The position numbers were made by a program, and so were the translations under genes. Source: the human T2T-CHM13v2.0 reference genome, Homo sapiens. From it: a stretch of DNA of 64,000 bases. This document shows, in pieces, positions 1 through 16,295 of the stretch (positions within the stretch are counted from its first letter, which is position 1; the number at the start of each line of letters is the position of its first letter). Below the pieces are notes generated by a model that saw only the letters and a program-made list of their open reading frames with translations, had not been told where the DNA came from and did not search any database. Location: assembly GCF_009914755.1 (NCBI RefSeq), contig NC_060947.1. The stretch is one strand, 5' to 3'.

Positions 1-334
1 AATGAAAACTGCAGTTTCTGACTTGGGCCATCTAACATTCCTAGGAAGGGAAGGAGGAGGCAGGAGGGAGACACTGGAAGAGGTGGTAGAATCACAGTAG
101 CTTTTGTTTTTGCTGCATGCCAGACACAAAATGCGAACTCACATTATCCAGGCTGATGAGTCCTGCAGGTCAGACCCCACAGCATAGGCAGGCAGTTATA
201 GTTGGAGGCCTTCCCTCATTGCTAAGGGAGTTCCTTAGCAGACCAATTCGGAATGAGTTATGTGTAAAAATGAGCACAGAATGCTTAATGCAGTGGGCCA
301 CAGAATCACATCTGATGTTCAAACATTCTAATGA

Positions 335-644
<310 letters not shown>

Positions 645-1679
645 CATCCTAATGATGTGTGGTGATGCTGTGTTGTATACTGTCTGCATGCTATAGTCAT
701 TTGGTAACCTAATTAAGATTTTAGGTTGTAAATTTTTCATTTATAACTTCCTGAGATTCATTTCTTTTAATACTCGTTAAGGCAACATAAATTTAGAGTT
801 TGGATCATTTTCCTCTTAACTTGTTGTTTTACTTCACGATTGCTGCATTTAGAAAACTTTTAAAATTTTATTTAAAAAAATAGATAATCCCAAGGTGTTG
901 ATATTACAGGTGTGAGCCACTGTGTCTGGCCAGATTCATTTCACTTAAATCCCTGAAGATCCACATGGGATTCTGACAGATCGCTCTGAGACATCCTCCT
1001 GTTGTTTCCTTTTCACCACTGCAGGTCTCCACCTGCCCTGGTGTCCTTGGGAGGAAACCCACCGTGGTAGGGCACACAGCGGCTGACTTGTCCTGGTAAA
1101 TCATAAGCATGGTGGGCTCCGCAGGTGCCTCCCTCCTTTCTGTCCTTGAGTCTGAAGCCAGCACCTTCTTTGATGGCACAAACGTCTGTGGTTTAGGGTT
1201 TTCAAAGGAATTCCCCCTCTTCCTCTCCCACCACAAGAAAGGCTGCTGTGGGGAGCCGGTAGCTTGCAGGCTGGGTTGTCTGGTCGTTTGAATTCCACAA
1301 GAAAGCCAACCTAGCTGTCCTGGCTTGGGGCGAGGCGGGAGGGCAGGAGTCCTGGATCTGCCTGTGTCTGTCTGTCCCTGGCTGTCTGCCCCTCCCTCCT
1401 CCTTCCCTCCCCTCTTGCTTGGGGTTGGGTGGGGTCTGTCTTAGGGAGAGAAGGAGGGCAGGGAGGGAGAGAGCTGGAATTTGACCCCAGAGCTGTCTGC
1501 AGCTTCCCAGGAGCCCTTTTCAGACCCTGTCTGGCTCCTTAGAAAGGCTGTGTGGCTCCTGCGTGGCAGGGCCACCTCATTAAAAACACCGGCTCAGGGG
1601 AGGGTGCTGGTCACTCTTGGGGCCAACCAAGATGTTTGCATTTGTCCTATGCACACAGTACAAAGTTGTTGTTTTTTAA

Positions 1680-2470
<791 letters not shown>

Positions 2471-2767
2471 CAGACCATTCTCATTACACACGATATGTTT
2501 TGTTTTTTAGTTTTGATTTTCTAACTTTTCTTAACTGTAGGAATTAATGAAGATTTTTCCACAATTCCTATGCTTTGGAAAATTTCCTTTGATGATGAAA
2601 TTTCTTTAGGGAAAAAATTATTTTTCTTCTGAAAGTGTTTAGGCAGAGAAACTTTGTTACTGAAATATTAGTGATCAGAGCTGCTAAGTTATAGCAAATT
2701 TGTAGAGATAATTGTCCCAGACAGGAGGGTCTGCTGAGTATGTCCTGTGGATATGTTATTTATCTTA

Positions 2768-3420
<653 letters not shown>

Positions 3421-3569
3421 TAAAAAATGGTAGATTTCAAAATAGTGTTTGAAAGTTCTTGGCGAATTGGTGTGCTCCTGCGTTCCTCTCAACTCCCACT
3501 CTTGCTCAGTTGCCTACCATCACCTCCAATCTCCTGATGCTGGATTTGCAAGTTAAAGTATTTCTCTAG

Positions 3570-3785
3570 CGTGGGAGTTGGCAAGTGTCTTCTGTTAGGA
3601 GCCCGTAAATGTTTTCTGTTTGGGCCACTTGTTCTCTGTGGGACTCCTCAGGGTTGTTGCAGTAGCAGGAAGCAGCCACAGCCAGTGTATACATGAAGGT
3701 CGTGGCTGTGTTCCACTAAACCTTTATTCACCAAGCAGGTGGCAGGCCAGGTTTGGCCCAAAGGCTGTAGTTGGCCGACCCTTAC
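3570..3785 (-). mobile_element. MER58A-like hAT-Charlie DNA transposon remnant
   Basis: GTGGCTGTGTTCCACTAAACCTTTATT...GGCAGGCCAGGTTTGGCCC...GTAGTTGGCCGACCC. Confidence 0.7.
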
Positions 3786-4689
3786 TTTATTGCAGAAGTG
3801 TATACTGCCAGGACTTTTTTCTTGTTTTTGTTTTGCTTTGTTAGGGAGTCTGGCTCATTTGGCCCATGTTTATGGGGCACTGACTCTGTTGTTTAGCAAG
3901 CGCTGTGTTGCTAAAGAATGTTTTCGAGAGATTTAGACCCACCCAGTAAACCTGAACAAGAAGCCAGCCTGAGCAGTTAGCCGGGGTCACAGTTCTCCAT
4001 AACTTCTCCCCCTGCTTCCTGCTGGAACAGCTCACTTTTGAAATGGCAGGGGAGTCATTCCAAGCTAGCATCTCCCATCCCACCTTGTCACCCACCCCCA
4101 CCCACCTTTTTGTTTTTTCTGGAAAACAAATAAAGGCTTTTATTGTATCTACTTGGGCAGGATGAGGGGAGTGGTAGTTCCAGAGACAAAGGACTCAGAG
4201 CCAGGACCTGGCCCTCACCTCTGCGCACACCAGCCCACACTGGCTCCCGTCACCCTCCTTTCTGTCCGTCTCTGCTCCTCTCTGGTCTCACCCCGTCTGC
4301 TGCAGACAGTCCCTCTTCATGAGTTGAGAAACATAATTCCTGGCAGCTGCAGTGTCGCAACCCCTTCCTCTACATTTTGTGGAATGAACACAGCTATGTA
4401 ACTCGCTACCCAGATCAAGAGATGGAACATTCCTATTTATGTTTTAGGAATGTTCTAGCTCCCCAGGGGTGCCCTTGAGCCTCCCCCAACCCCCCAAATA
4501 TAGGACTGTCTTGAATGTCCACACTATAGATGAGGTTAGCCTCTATTTGGCCTTTATATAAATAGCATCATCTAGTATGGACTCTTTTGTGTCTAGCTTT
4601 TTCAGTCAACATTACTTTTGTGAGATTCATTCATATTGTTTCTGGTGGCAGTTGTAGTTTATTCATTTTTATTGCTGTGAACCTCAGTT

Positions 4690-5265
<576 letters not shown>

Positions 5266-6798
5266 TGTGTTTTTCTAAAGAATTCTTAGTGGCTAAGGAA
5301 GGTTAAGACCTTCCTATCGTCTCTTTCATCTTTCCCCAGAGATGAGCCATTTTGAACATGGATTTGGCATCTGTGCCGCCTCTGAGCCCATGCTTGGCTG
5401 ATCTGTGGTTGGCGTCTGCCTTCCAGAGAATTCCTTGTTTTCCCACAGTCCCTTTGCAGCTGTTTCACGGAGCACGGGGACGCATGCTGGCTGCTGCCAC
5501 CAGCTCTGATGGCTATGAAGGTTTGAGACGAGTCTCATAGGTGAAATCTGGGCTCTAAGACAGCCCACCTTTTGAAAGGACAATTCAGCCACCAGAATAT
5601 CATCTTCGATCTGCTGGTTTTCTCATTTTGGTTTCCAAAAGCCTTTAGCCATTGTTATTATTCCGTGCTTGTCTTGGTGTTAGCTCAGTATCCATGAAAC
5701 CCGACAAACCTCTTTCTAGAATGAGGCCGGCAAACCAGTCTCATAATGTTCAACCCCAGTGAAGAGGAACTAAACCTCAAAATTGTTGTACCACAAACTC
5801 TATTGGCCTTTTATTGGTGGGGATTTTGTTTTTATTACAAGAGGGGTGACTGCTACAGTGGCCTTTCCGGCACCAGGCCGTGCCTGACGGATGAGAATGC
5901 CGTGTCATAAACAGTCTTTTGCAATGACTAACCGTGCTGGGTTGGAATGCAGTGCACACCAAAGGAAGGTAGGACTTTTAGTGGTTGTCACAATAGCTGT
6001 GCGAATCCAAATATGGCTGGAAAATGTCAACATACTCTCCAGATTATCAGCTCCGATGAATGTAAGAGACATAGTGTTAGGGGGATGTCTGGATAAGTTG
6101 AACTCTAATCAGAGGGAAAAGGGGGTTGGAGGAATAATGAATGAGGGAAACACTTTTATTGGGAGAATAGCTTGCAAAACGGCCAGTTGCATAAAGTGTC
6201 CTGTCCTAAGAAGTCCTAGTGTAAGCCTCGGCCAGTCCTAAAATATGAATGAGACCTAGGACTTATTTTACGTATTGCTGTTATCCTTACTAGCACTTTT
6301 GGAGTCTGCATTCTGGTAATGCCTAAATGCTTGTGCTAAGTTACATGTGGAAACAGCTCTACACAACATTCCCTAGTCTCTTGGACACTTACAGTGTTGG
6401 CCAGTCCTTTTCTCGTGATTTTTTCCCTCTGATTTACTCGTGTTGTAACAAAGTTATCACTTTTTTATTGTTTCTCTTTGCTTTCATCCTTTGCATCTGT
6501 GGCTGCTCACTTGCTATGCCCAGGGAAGGGGAAGATGGAGAAATAGATTATGGATATGGCACTCCAGGGCCTGTTTACCAACAACCTGAAAAGCTTATAT
6601 TCTCAGCAGGTCAATACTCCCCATGTCTGAGGGCGAATGTTGTGTGGATTAACAGGCAAAACATGTTGCATAGATTTGCAGATCCACGTTTACAGATTCC
6701 CCACTGTATACTGAGGCCATCGAGGAACCTGAATTTGTGTATCCCTTGTGGCTATTGATATGTTGCTGAAGTCAAGTCAGGTATGTATTGAAAAGCAT

Positions 6799-7118
<320 letters not shown>

Positions 7119-9140
7119 AAAGCATGTTCTAAGTATCTAAGTATTTAAGTTCTACATGTCTAGAGATAAAACTCTCTTTATACGGGGATGTGAGGAGAGG
7201 AACTAGGAGGAGACTTTATCATGTGCTGATTTATGCTCTGCCGGTAATGAGCCATGCAGCCCTAAGCATGTTACCTCATATCTCTGGGACGAATAAAGTG
7301 TCTGTCCTTTGGCCAATTTTTTAGCTTCCCGAATCAGTTTATCGACAAGATGGGGACATGCAGGTGTATCTGCCAGGGTTAGGGGAAGCTCTCAATAGTA
7401 ACGTGTGCTGAGAACCAGCTGGTGCCCTGCGTGAGTGCAGCGCTCCGTGAAGAACATTGTGTTATGAACTCCTGGGATGCCTGGATTCCCTTCCATTCAT
7501 CCACTTTGTTCACCTAAAGGGCCAGAGCAAACAACCGTCCACTCAGGTAAACATTCCCACCCCAGAGCGACCGTTTGCATCCTCCAGGAGTTAACAGTAC
7601 AGCTGGACTCACCCGTGGGTCTCCTGGAAGGCACTGTGTCGGAAACCGAGCTTCTCTCCTGCTTCCCTTGCTGTGGCCTATCTGGGAATCTATAGTCTGG
7701 AGCATCCCAGGGCGGCCTCCTTTGGCAGATGGTGTAGGAGTGCTGCAAGCCCTCCTGGATGCACCCAAGGACCCAGGAAGATGGGAGCGTGGATCTCTGT
7801 GCCTCAGCACAGAGGCTGGGAGGAGAGACAGCAGGCGCCGGCTGGCAGGAGCAGTCCATGTGGGAGCTTCTGTGTACTCCCACCTCTGCTTCACCTCCTG
7901 TTGATCTCTCCTCCCTCTGCAGCACATTCTGCCCTCCTTCCCCAGACTCCTCCCCACAGTTCGCCCTGAAACAAACCTTTCCATGGGATTGATTTTAGAG
8001 GCTGCCCATGTGGGACCAGGGCTGCAGCTTCCCTATGGGGGTGCTGGTGGCCTTGTGACACTTGCTAAGCTGGGCGGGCGTGGCTAGGAGTTTGAGCAGT
8101 AACCAAAGTTTCCTCTCTGCTGAATGCTCCTGGGGTCCATCCCTCTGGGGTGATGGCAGGCAGCTTTACACGTCGCCTTAGAGCATGTCTTTATTTGCTC
8201 CTGGATCAAGAACCTTTTGCCATCAATGTAGGGCTGAGCACCCCCACCACCACACATGCCCTGTCCAGATATCTCGCTCTGGGGTAGAAGGTGGCAGTTG
8301 TGGGAAGAAGTTTCCTCATCACATTAGCTCTAGGTAATTTCAGAGAACTTTGCCAATCTCTTCCCTAGCTTGTAGGTACAATGAAGATAACACCAGCAGA
8401 CAAGATAGGATACTCTTTCTTGAGTTTAAAAGGCATCAAAATAGTTGCATGCAATTTAGCAAGGAATGGATACATTAGATTGTATTTAAGAGAGTGCCTG
8501 TTGCTGTACAGTTTTTAACAACAGGTTGAAGCAGAGCAGGTACCTCTCAGATACTGTTTTGGTGGGGAGGATTGGGGACAGTGGTTTCCTGCTGTCACAC
8601 TGGGGAGAACTGAAGGAGAGAACACTGCTGCACCTGAGCGGAGACTGACACTTTTGAGGTGAGCACCCTGAACCTTGGGTGTGTATTGTCCCTCTCATAC
8701 CTGCTGGGCATCTTGGGGCCAGGCTGGGCTGCGTGGCAGCTCTGTGGGATCATTCCCGTCTGCAGCACCCGGGGGCGCTGCTCATTGTGTAGACCAAAGG
8801 CCAGCCAGCGGAGATGCCCACTTGCTGACCTTCTTACATGCCTGCTTTTCTGCTACAAGCTGTCATTTTCTTTTATTGATTGGTTGGCTGTCATTTTCTT
8901 TTATTGATTAATTGGTTGGTTGGTTGACAGGCCACATCACTGCAGCTTTGGTATAGTCACTTCTCTAATCTTTCCAAAAAGTCGCTTCAGGTTATGAAGT
9001 GAGTTAGCGGCCTGCTCCCTGGTTGCTCCATGAGAGTTCGCCCTCTCCTCACAGTTGTACAGCGGGCCAGCATTGTTGTTTGGCTTCCTGGCTCATATGC
9101 CCCTTCTCTGTGGCACCCCATGTCCTTATGAAAATGACCT

Positions 9141-9436
9141 AAGCCAGGCGTGGTGGTGCACGCCTGTAATCCCAGCACTTTGGGAGGCCAAGGCGAGTGG
9201 ATCTCTTGAGCTCAGGGAGTTCATGACCACCCTGGGCAACATAGTGAGATCTCGTCTCTACAAAAAATACAAAAATTAGCCAGGTGCGGTGGCACACAGC
9301 TGTAGTCCCAGCTACTCAGGAGGCTGAGGTGGGGGGATCACTTGAGCCCAGGAGGTCAGTGAGCCGAGATCGTGCCACTGCACTCCAGCCTGGGCTAGCG
9401 GATAAGACTCTGTGTCAAAAAAAAAAAAAAAAAAAA
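9141..9436 (+). mobile_element. Alu (J-like)
   Basis: Alu body plus A tail. Confidence 0.87.
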
Positions 9437-9573
9437 GAGAAAACAAACAGAAAAACTTGTACCCTGGTATTGATAAGTCTTAATGGGAGGGCCCCTGCCT
9501 CTCACCACAGCCTTCCGGAAGTCAGCCAGATCCCTTTGTTTCCAGCCCCTGGTAGACCAGCGTGGCCTTATGA

Positions 9574-9897
<324 letters not shown>

Positions 9898-10035
9898 TCT
9901 TTTTTTATTTTGAGATCATTATAGCTTCAGGTGGCAATACAGAGAGATGCCATGGGTCCTGTACCCAGGTTCCCCACGTGGCAACAGTACCTTTTTTGTA
10001 ATATGATGGTAACAATGTTTCAACCAGGATATTGC

Positions 10036-10342
10036 TTTTTTTTTTTTTTTTTTTTTTTTTGGATAGAGTCTCATTCTGTCATCTAGGCTGGAGTGCAGTG
10101 GCGTGATCACGGCTGACTGCAGCCTCAACCTCAGCCTCCTGGGCCCAAGCAATCCTCCTACCTCAGCCTCCTGTGTAGCTGGGACCACAGGTGTGCGCCA
10201 CCACACCTGACAAATTTTTGTATTTTTTTTTTTTTTTGTAGAGATGGGGTGTTGCTGTGTTGCCCAGGCTGGTCTCAAATTCCTGGTCTCCAGTGGTCCT
10301 TCTGCCTTGGCCTCCCAAACTGCTGGGATTTTACAGGTGTGA
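10036..10342 (-). mobile_element. Alu (J-like) inside an old L1 fragment
   Basis: Poly-T plus antisense Alu; flanked by gatattg on both sides. Confidence 0.85.
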
Positions 10343-10457
10343 TATTGACATAGAGACCGTCAAGACACAAGACATTTCCATCCCAAGAGGTTCCCTCACA
10401 TTGCCCCTTTTAACTTCTCTCTTGCTATAAAGATATCAAGTTCAAAACTTTATTATA

Positions 10458-10590
10458 TAGTAAAACTCTGTTAATCAATTGTTGACCGTTTAAACTGGAA
10501 TTTAACTGAGAGCCAAGGATCTTCCCCAGGTGACTGAAGTCTGATGTATCCCTTCAACTTCTAGTTTTGAATTAACAGGAGTTCAGTGTA
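10458..10590. mobile_element. Possible Tigger-type MITE remnant
   Basis: Imperfect terminal inverted repeats: TAGTAAAACTCTGTTAATCAA versus TTGAATTAACAGGAGTTCAGTGTA. Confidence 0.4.
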
Positions 10591-11949
10591 TTTGGAGAGA
10601 GGCCTGTCACTCCCTTGTTCTGTTCCTTTAAAGAGTTATGGTCCAGTAGAGAGGGCACGCTCGTTAAAAGCAGTCTCTCGTGAAGTGGATCAAGATGTGT
10701 TGGAATGTAAGGCATGACTGCTAGCTGCTGAGCAATTCACATACTTTGGAGGAGGTTAGTGCCCATGAAAAAGGTAGATGCGGTAATCAGAAAAAACTCC
10801 AGGCTACCTCCGGGCAACATATTTGGCTAATGCTTTGATTAATTGAAACATTTAATTAACTAGATTTTTTCCCCATGCTTTGCTTTTAGGAAGGATCCTT
10901 CACTTTCTGCCTTGGCAGGGGAGTGGGGACCAAAGATATTACCCTCTGATTCCCAGACCACCTGCAGGCGTTTTCCAGCTGGGATTAGTCTAGCTCCTTG
11001 CTGGCTTTTCATGGCACCTGAAGCTTAGTTCTTATTGCCATCACCTTGAAGGTCTGCTCCGAGCTGGGTCTACCAAAGGCTTTCTCTTTCTGTTATGCCT
11101 GGTCTCCAGTGGTCCTTCTGCCTTGGCCTCCCAAAGTGCTGGGATTTTACAGGTGTGATATTGACATAGAGACCGTCAAGACGCAAGACATTTCCATCCC
11201 AAGAGGTTCCCTCACATCGCCCACTTTCCCCCTGGGATACCCAGTGCACCTTATTGGTGCAAAAATTTGTATGAATTGCAATTTTAAAGACAGTCGAATT
11301 TGACCTGCAATAAAAATGATGATTGTAATTTGTCATGGCAGAATTGTAAAGCTAGAAAAGATCTTTAGGATTGAACTGATCATTTTATGGATAAGGAAAC
11401 TGAGGCCCAGAAAAGGTCATTGGTTTGCTTCTAATGTGTGTTTCTATCTCTGGGGAGAGCTGGAAACATACCCTCTTTAGCCAGTGGTGCCCAGCCCACT
11501 CAAGTTGTTAACAATGGATGGATGTAGACCTACTATGTGCCTCACTCTGCATTCTCCGGTATGCAGTGGAACCAATCTAGAAAAGCCGGCATCTTTACAG
11601 CCTTGAGAGTGTGCTTCTCAGTGGGATTGTGGATGGTTTCCTCTTTAATAGGAAAGCCTGTTTTTATATAGATGTATTTCTTGGGTGCTGACAGACCCAG
11701 CACCACCAGCTCCTAAGCGAGCCCCAGTGTTTTCTGCTGGGGACAGGATCCAGAAGCATCCCGTGGAGGGGTTGGGTACCCCAGATCCACCTGCCAGGAC
11801 TCCGGGAGAGGCGTGTGTGAGCAGCCAGTGAGCCCCCAGCTGTGGAGGACTGAGGCTTCCTGATCTCCTTCTGGAACATTCAGTGGCCACACCAGCAGTT
11901 CTTTGTGCTCACTTACTAGCCCATTTCTTGTAGCAAATGGAGGCTACAT

Positions 11950-12387
11950 CCGTTTCGTAGGGCTGTCATAACAAAGTACCTAGCACAAAGCTTAAAGCAA
12001 CAGGAATGTGTTGTCTCATAGTAAAGAGGCCTGGAGGCCAGAAGTCTGCAATCAGGGTGTCTGCAGAGCCTCTTTCTGAAGGCTCTGGGGGAAGAGCCTT
12101 CCTTGTTTTTCCTGCTTCTGTGACTCCAGGCATTCCCTGACTTGCAGATGCATCATGCCAATCTCTGCTTCCGTCTCCACATAGTTCTCCCCTGTTTATC
12201 TGTGTCCAAATTTCCCTCATCTGTTGTGGACACCGTTATTGGATTAGGGCCCTCCCTAATTCAGGATGACATCGTCATCACCAGTTACACCTCCAATGAT
12301 CCTATTTCCAAATAAGGCCACATGTACAGGTTCCAGAGGTGAGGCTTCAACATATCTTTTTGGGAGACATAATTCAGCCCCATAACA
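11950..12387 (-). mobile_element. MLT1 (ERVL-MaLR) solo LTR
   Basis: GGGCTGTCATAACAAAGTACC...GGAGGCCAGAAGTCTGCAATCAGGGTGTC...GGGAGACATAATTCAGCCCCATAACA. Confidence 0.8.
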
Positions 12388-13685
12388 AAGGGTAATAAAA
12401 TGTTTTGAGAGAGAATCTAGGTACAGAAAAGTGCTCACATGGTAGCATAGACATTGATGAATTTTCACACAGCAAATCATACTTGTGACCCCACCCAGAT
12501 GAAGGAATAGAAGAGACAGTCTTAGAAAATAGATACCAAATTCCATGCCTTATGGAGAAAGCCAAGGCTCGTTAGTCTGGTTTGTGCTTTTAGGGTTAAA
12601 TCAGGTACGTTGTTGACACTTCAGACCAGGTACACGTAGGGATGTGGGTATTATGCTGCAAATCACAAAGGACAGTTTCACTTTTTAACCCCAGTGGCTT
12701 CCTGAGAACTCTATTGTAAAGCGTACTGTTATAAACTAAATTGCATTTTGAATAGGAATAATTAGATTTAAGTTAGAGATTCTGCCAAAAATTGCTTTAT
12801 CAGATCGGACGTGAGCAGTTACATCATAAAAAGAAGAAATGCCACTCAAACCTGTGATTGCCAGTTTAGGAGAGGCTTTGCCTCTTGGGCCATTGCTTCA
12901 TGTTCCCATTTTGGGTGCCTTGTCTATAAAGGGGAGGAAGGGGTGTCGGGATGGCTCTCTGGGTTGGATAGCGGGAGGAGACTGCAGCCCACATCTGGTT
13001 CCAGCCTCTTGTCACACAGTTGAGGGAGTGGAGCCCAGCTGAGATTGACCTGCTGAAGGCACCTGGATGGGGGTCATAGTTGCCATCCCTTTATTTTGCA
13101 TTTTCTCGTGTTTTAAAGCTTTGGTGCCCACCGATTCCAGCCCTGCTGTTCTTGTGAAAGTCGCATACACAGAGTGACTGTCACAGCAACTCATTACTCT
13201 TCACGGTCCTGAGTTTGCTTTTCTGTAAAATTGAGAAAGAAATAATTGCCTGACCTCTCATCCCACGATTGTTTTTAAGAGTGGGAATCACAGCTTGGGG
13301 GGCAGGGAGTTGAGAGCTTCTGCTGTAGTGGTGTGAGCAACACAGGATGGCCATATTTAAATTGGGATTGTACTGTGGAGAGTTATATTAAATTCATAAG
13401 GTCAGGAGAAACAGAAACACGGGAGTTGGGCCTTATTGCAGACTCCTCCTCGGTGATTTTATTTGGAGTAAACGGCACACGTAATCTTAGCATGTCTCAT
13501 GTCAAAATCACTTCAAAGAATGCCACGGGTGAGTCTGCGGCAGATGTTCAGGGCATCTTTTTAAAGGAGAACCAAAAAATTAAAATTTATTTCCTTTTTA
13601 ATTGTGGCTGTTTTAAACTTTGTTACTTTAAAAATTACATATGTGTAAGTGGTCCACTCTTTTTAAAAAAAAAAAAAAAGGCATC

Positions 13686-13884
13686 CTCATTGTTCAACTC
13701 CTGGACACAGGGAGGGAAACATCACACACCAGGGCCTGTCGGGGAGTTGGGGGTAGAGGGATAACATTAGGAGAAATACCTAATGTAGGTGACGGGTTGA
13801 TGGGTGCAGCAAAGCACCATGGCACGTGTATACCTATGTAACAAACCTGCACGTTCTGCACATGTATCCCAGAACTTAAAGTAT

Positions 13885-13917
<33 letters not shown>
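13686..13917 (+). mobile_element. 5'-truncated L1PA 3' end with poly(A) and a short 5' inversion
   Basis: L1 3' UTR (GGAGAAATACCTAATGTAG...CACATGTATCCCAGAACTTAAAGTATA) plus about 30 A; TSD (A)nGGCATCCT at 13680 and 13918. Confidence 0.9.
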
Positions 13918-13922
<5 letters not shown>

Positions 13923-14140
13923 CCTATCATATCTTGGCACCCTCGATGTCAAAATGTGGTAAAAAGGACCTTTGCCCATTGTGTTATGCATTTTAGCTCT
14001 GTTCAGAATCTGTCACTGTTACCTACGCTTATTTTGTTTTTAGAATTTGGGGGCAGAAATTTTTTTTATCTGTCATGGAAAATAGCTGATGCCCCAATTT
14101 TTGAACTCGATAAAAATCCCAACTATTCCCATATTAATCC

Positions 14141-14164
14141 AGATAGATAGATAGATAGATAGAT
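14141..14164. repeat. (AGAT)6 microsatellite
   Basis: agatagatagatagatagatagat. Confidence 0.9.
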
Positions 14165-15984
14165 ATTGCATCAGATTTTGTCCCTAAAAGGACTGAGTAC
14201 AGTACAGGATGTGGAGTGAAACAAGGCTGCTACGGTTTCAGAAACAGCTTTGGAGCTGAGACTTTGCCAAGGAAAGTGGGAACTGCTCTGCGCCAGGAAG
14301 AAGCGATGAACCCATCCTTGACTTGTACGACCATCGGGTGTGTCAGCCGCCTTGTCGCTGTGCTCTGCAAACTCTTGCCCACCACGAACTAGGCACACGC
14401 TTAACTCAGTGTTGTGGCAGATGGATGACTAATTCGGGTTTTAACTTGGAAAAGCAGAGGTGGGCAGATTCCACCATCCTGGCAGAAGGTTGCATACCCG
14501 CCAAAGCGCACTAAAAATCTTCCTAAGTTACTCGGCTTTAGCTGAGGCTGAGTGCTGCTGTCTCAGAAGAATTAATTACTTTGAATGGGAGTCATTTTTT
14601 AAAGACTTAAGAATGTTTCCTTTTTTTTTTTTTTTTTTTTTAAAGCAAAACCGAATGAACTTGGGGGAAATAAATGCTTTGCCTTTGAGAGTTGTCTGCT
14701 GGAAAAAGTCAACAAAGGGCTTCTGGGTTTTGTTCAGTGGTGTCTTGATTAGAGTGGCATAAATCTTAAGTACTTTCAGAGGAGGCTTACAAATTAGAGA
14801 ATAGTTTGGCTGTTTTGGTTTGATTCTAACAAGAGTTCAGCATGGAGAAATAATACCACTGATGAGATGAGGAATGTGTTTAGCATAATAAAAAAACTAC
14901 CTCCGTGTAGCCCCATTTTTCGGGCAGATGCAATTTGTGTCTTAAAGAAAAACATAAAAACAGCCAGACATTATCATTTTTCTTTGCTTGTTCCTCAGAC
15001 GCATTAATAGATTATACCCCTCAATCTATTGGGATTGAGATGTTTTATATTTTAATTACACAAGTGAACAAAGTTTTGCTGTTTAGAACTATTCTGTTGA
15101 GTGTTGGTTTTTAAGTTATAAACATTAAAGGAAAAATCATCTGGACTTATATAATGATGAGTCTTGAGAAATGTCAGTGTTTTCTGGGAAGAGTTGTTCC
15201 ATTCTTCTAACTGCCTCACTGGGGATCCTGGACTGGAGCGTTTGCCCCTGGGATGCAGCGCCGGGGCACCCCTACTTCTGGGCAAGAGGCTGTGCTGTTC
15301 CTGGCCTCCGTGACTCTTCAGGCCTTTCTCTCCCAGTTGCATGGTAGCTGCTGCATCCCCACGCATCCTGTCTTTGTTTAAGACCAGAAGAAAAGGGAAA
15401 GGGCGGTACCAGACATTTCTGCCCCTTTGATTGCAGAGACAAAGGCTCTCCTCAAGCCTGCAGCTGACTTCTGCCTTTCCCCCATCCGCTGGGACCGCAC
15501 ATGCCACCCTGCGCTGCAAGGGGGCACGAGGCTGCTCCAGTCTCCATGGTGGATTCAGATATTAAGGAGGGCAGGGCTGATGGCTGCCAGGGATCCTCTG
15601 ATATTAGTAATGGGGGAGAGAGGAGGACGTCAGTTCCAAAAGGTGCGGTCTTCCTGGAGAACGTGAGACTTGAATGAAGCCCTGATAGAGAAGTCAAATT
15701 TGAAGAGGCAGAAAGAGGACACGAAGGTGACATGCTAATGAAGTCTAGGATGAAGAGAAACAGTGAGGGAACGTTGAGAACACCACCTTGGTGTGTAGGG
15801 ATCCTGCATGACACTGTGGATTCTAACACAAAAATAATGCGGAAGGAATTGATGTTTATACAGAGTGGGGTGTGAGTTTCCTGCACCAGAGCATGCCAGT
15901 TGGTGGTTACACGTTTGACCCTTGGACATGATTTTAGGGGGAGTGGGGATGGCCTCACCTAGTTTTATTTTTTAATTAAGAATT

Positions 15985-16295
<311 letters not shown>

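Noticed and set aside
1385-1475. G-quadruplex-like motif and pyrimidine/purine block pair
   Set aside because: Low-complexity and imperfect; such motifs are very common and there is no supporting context
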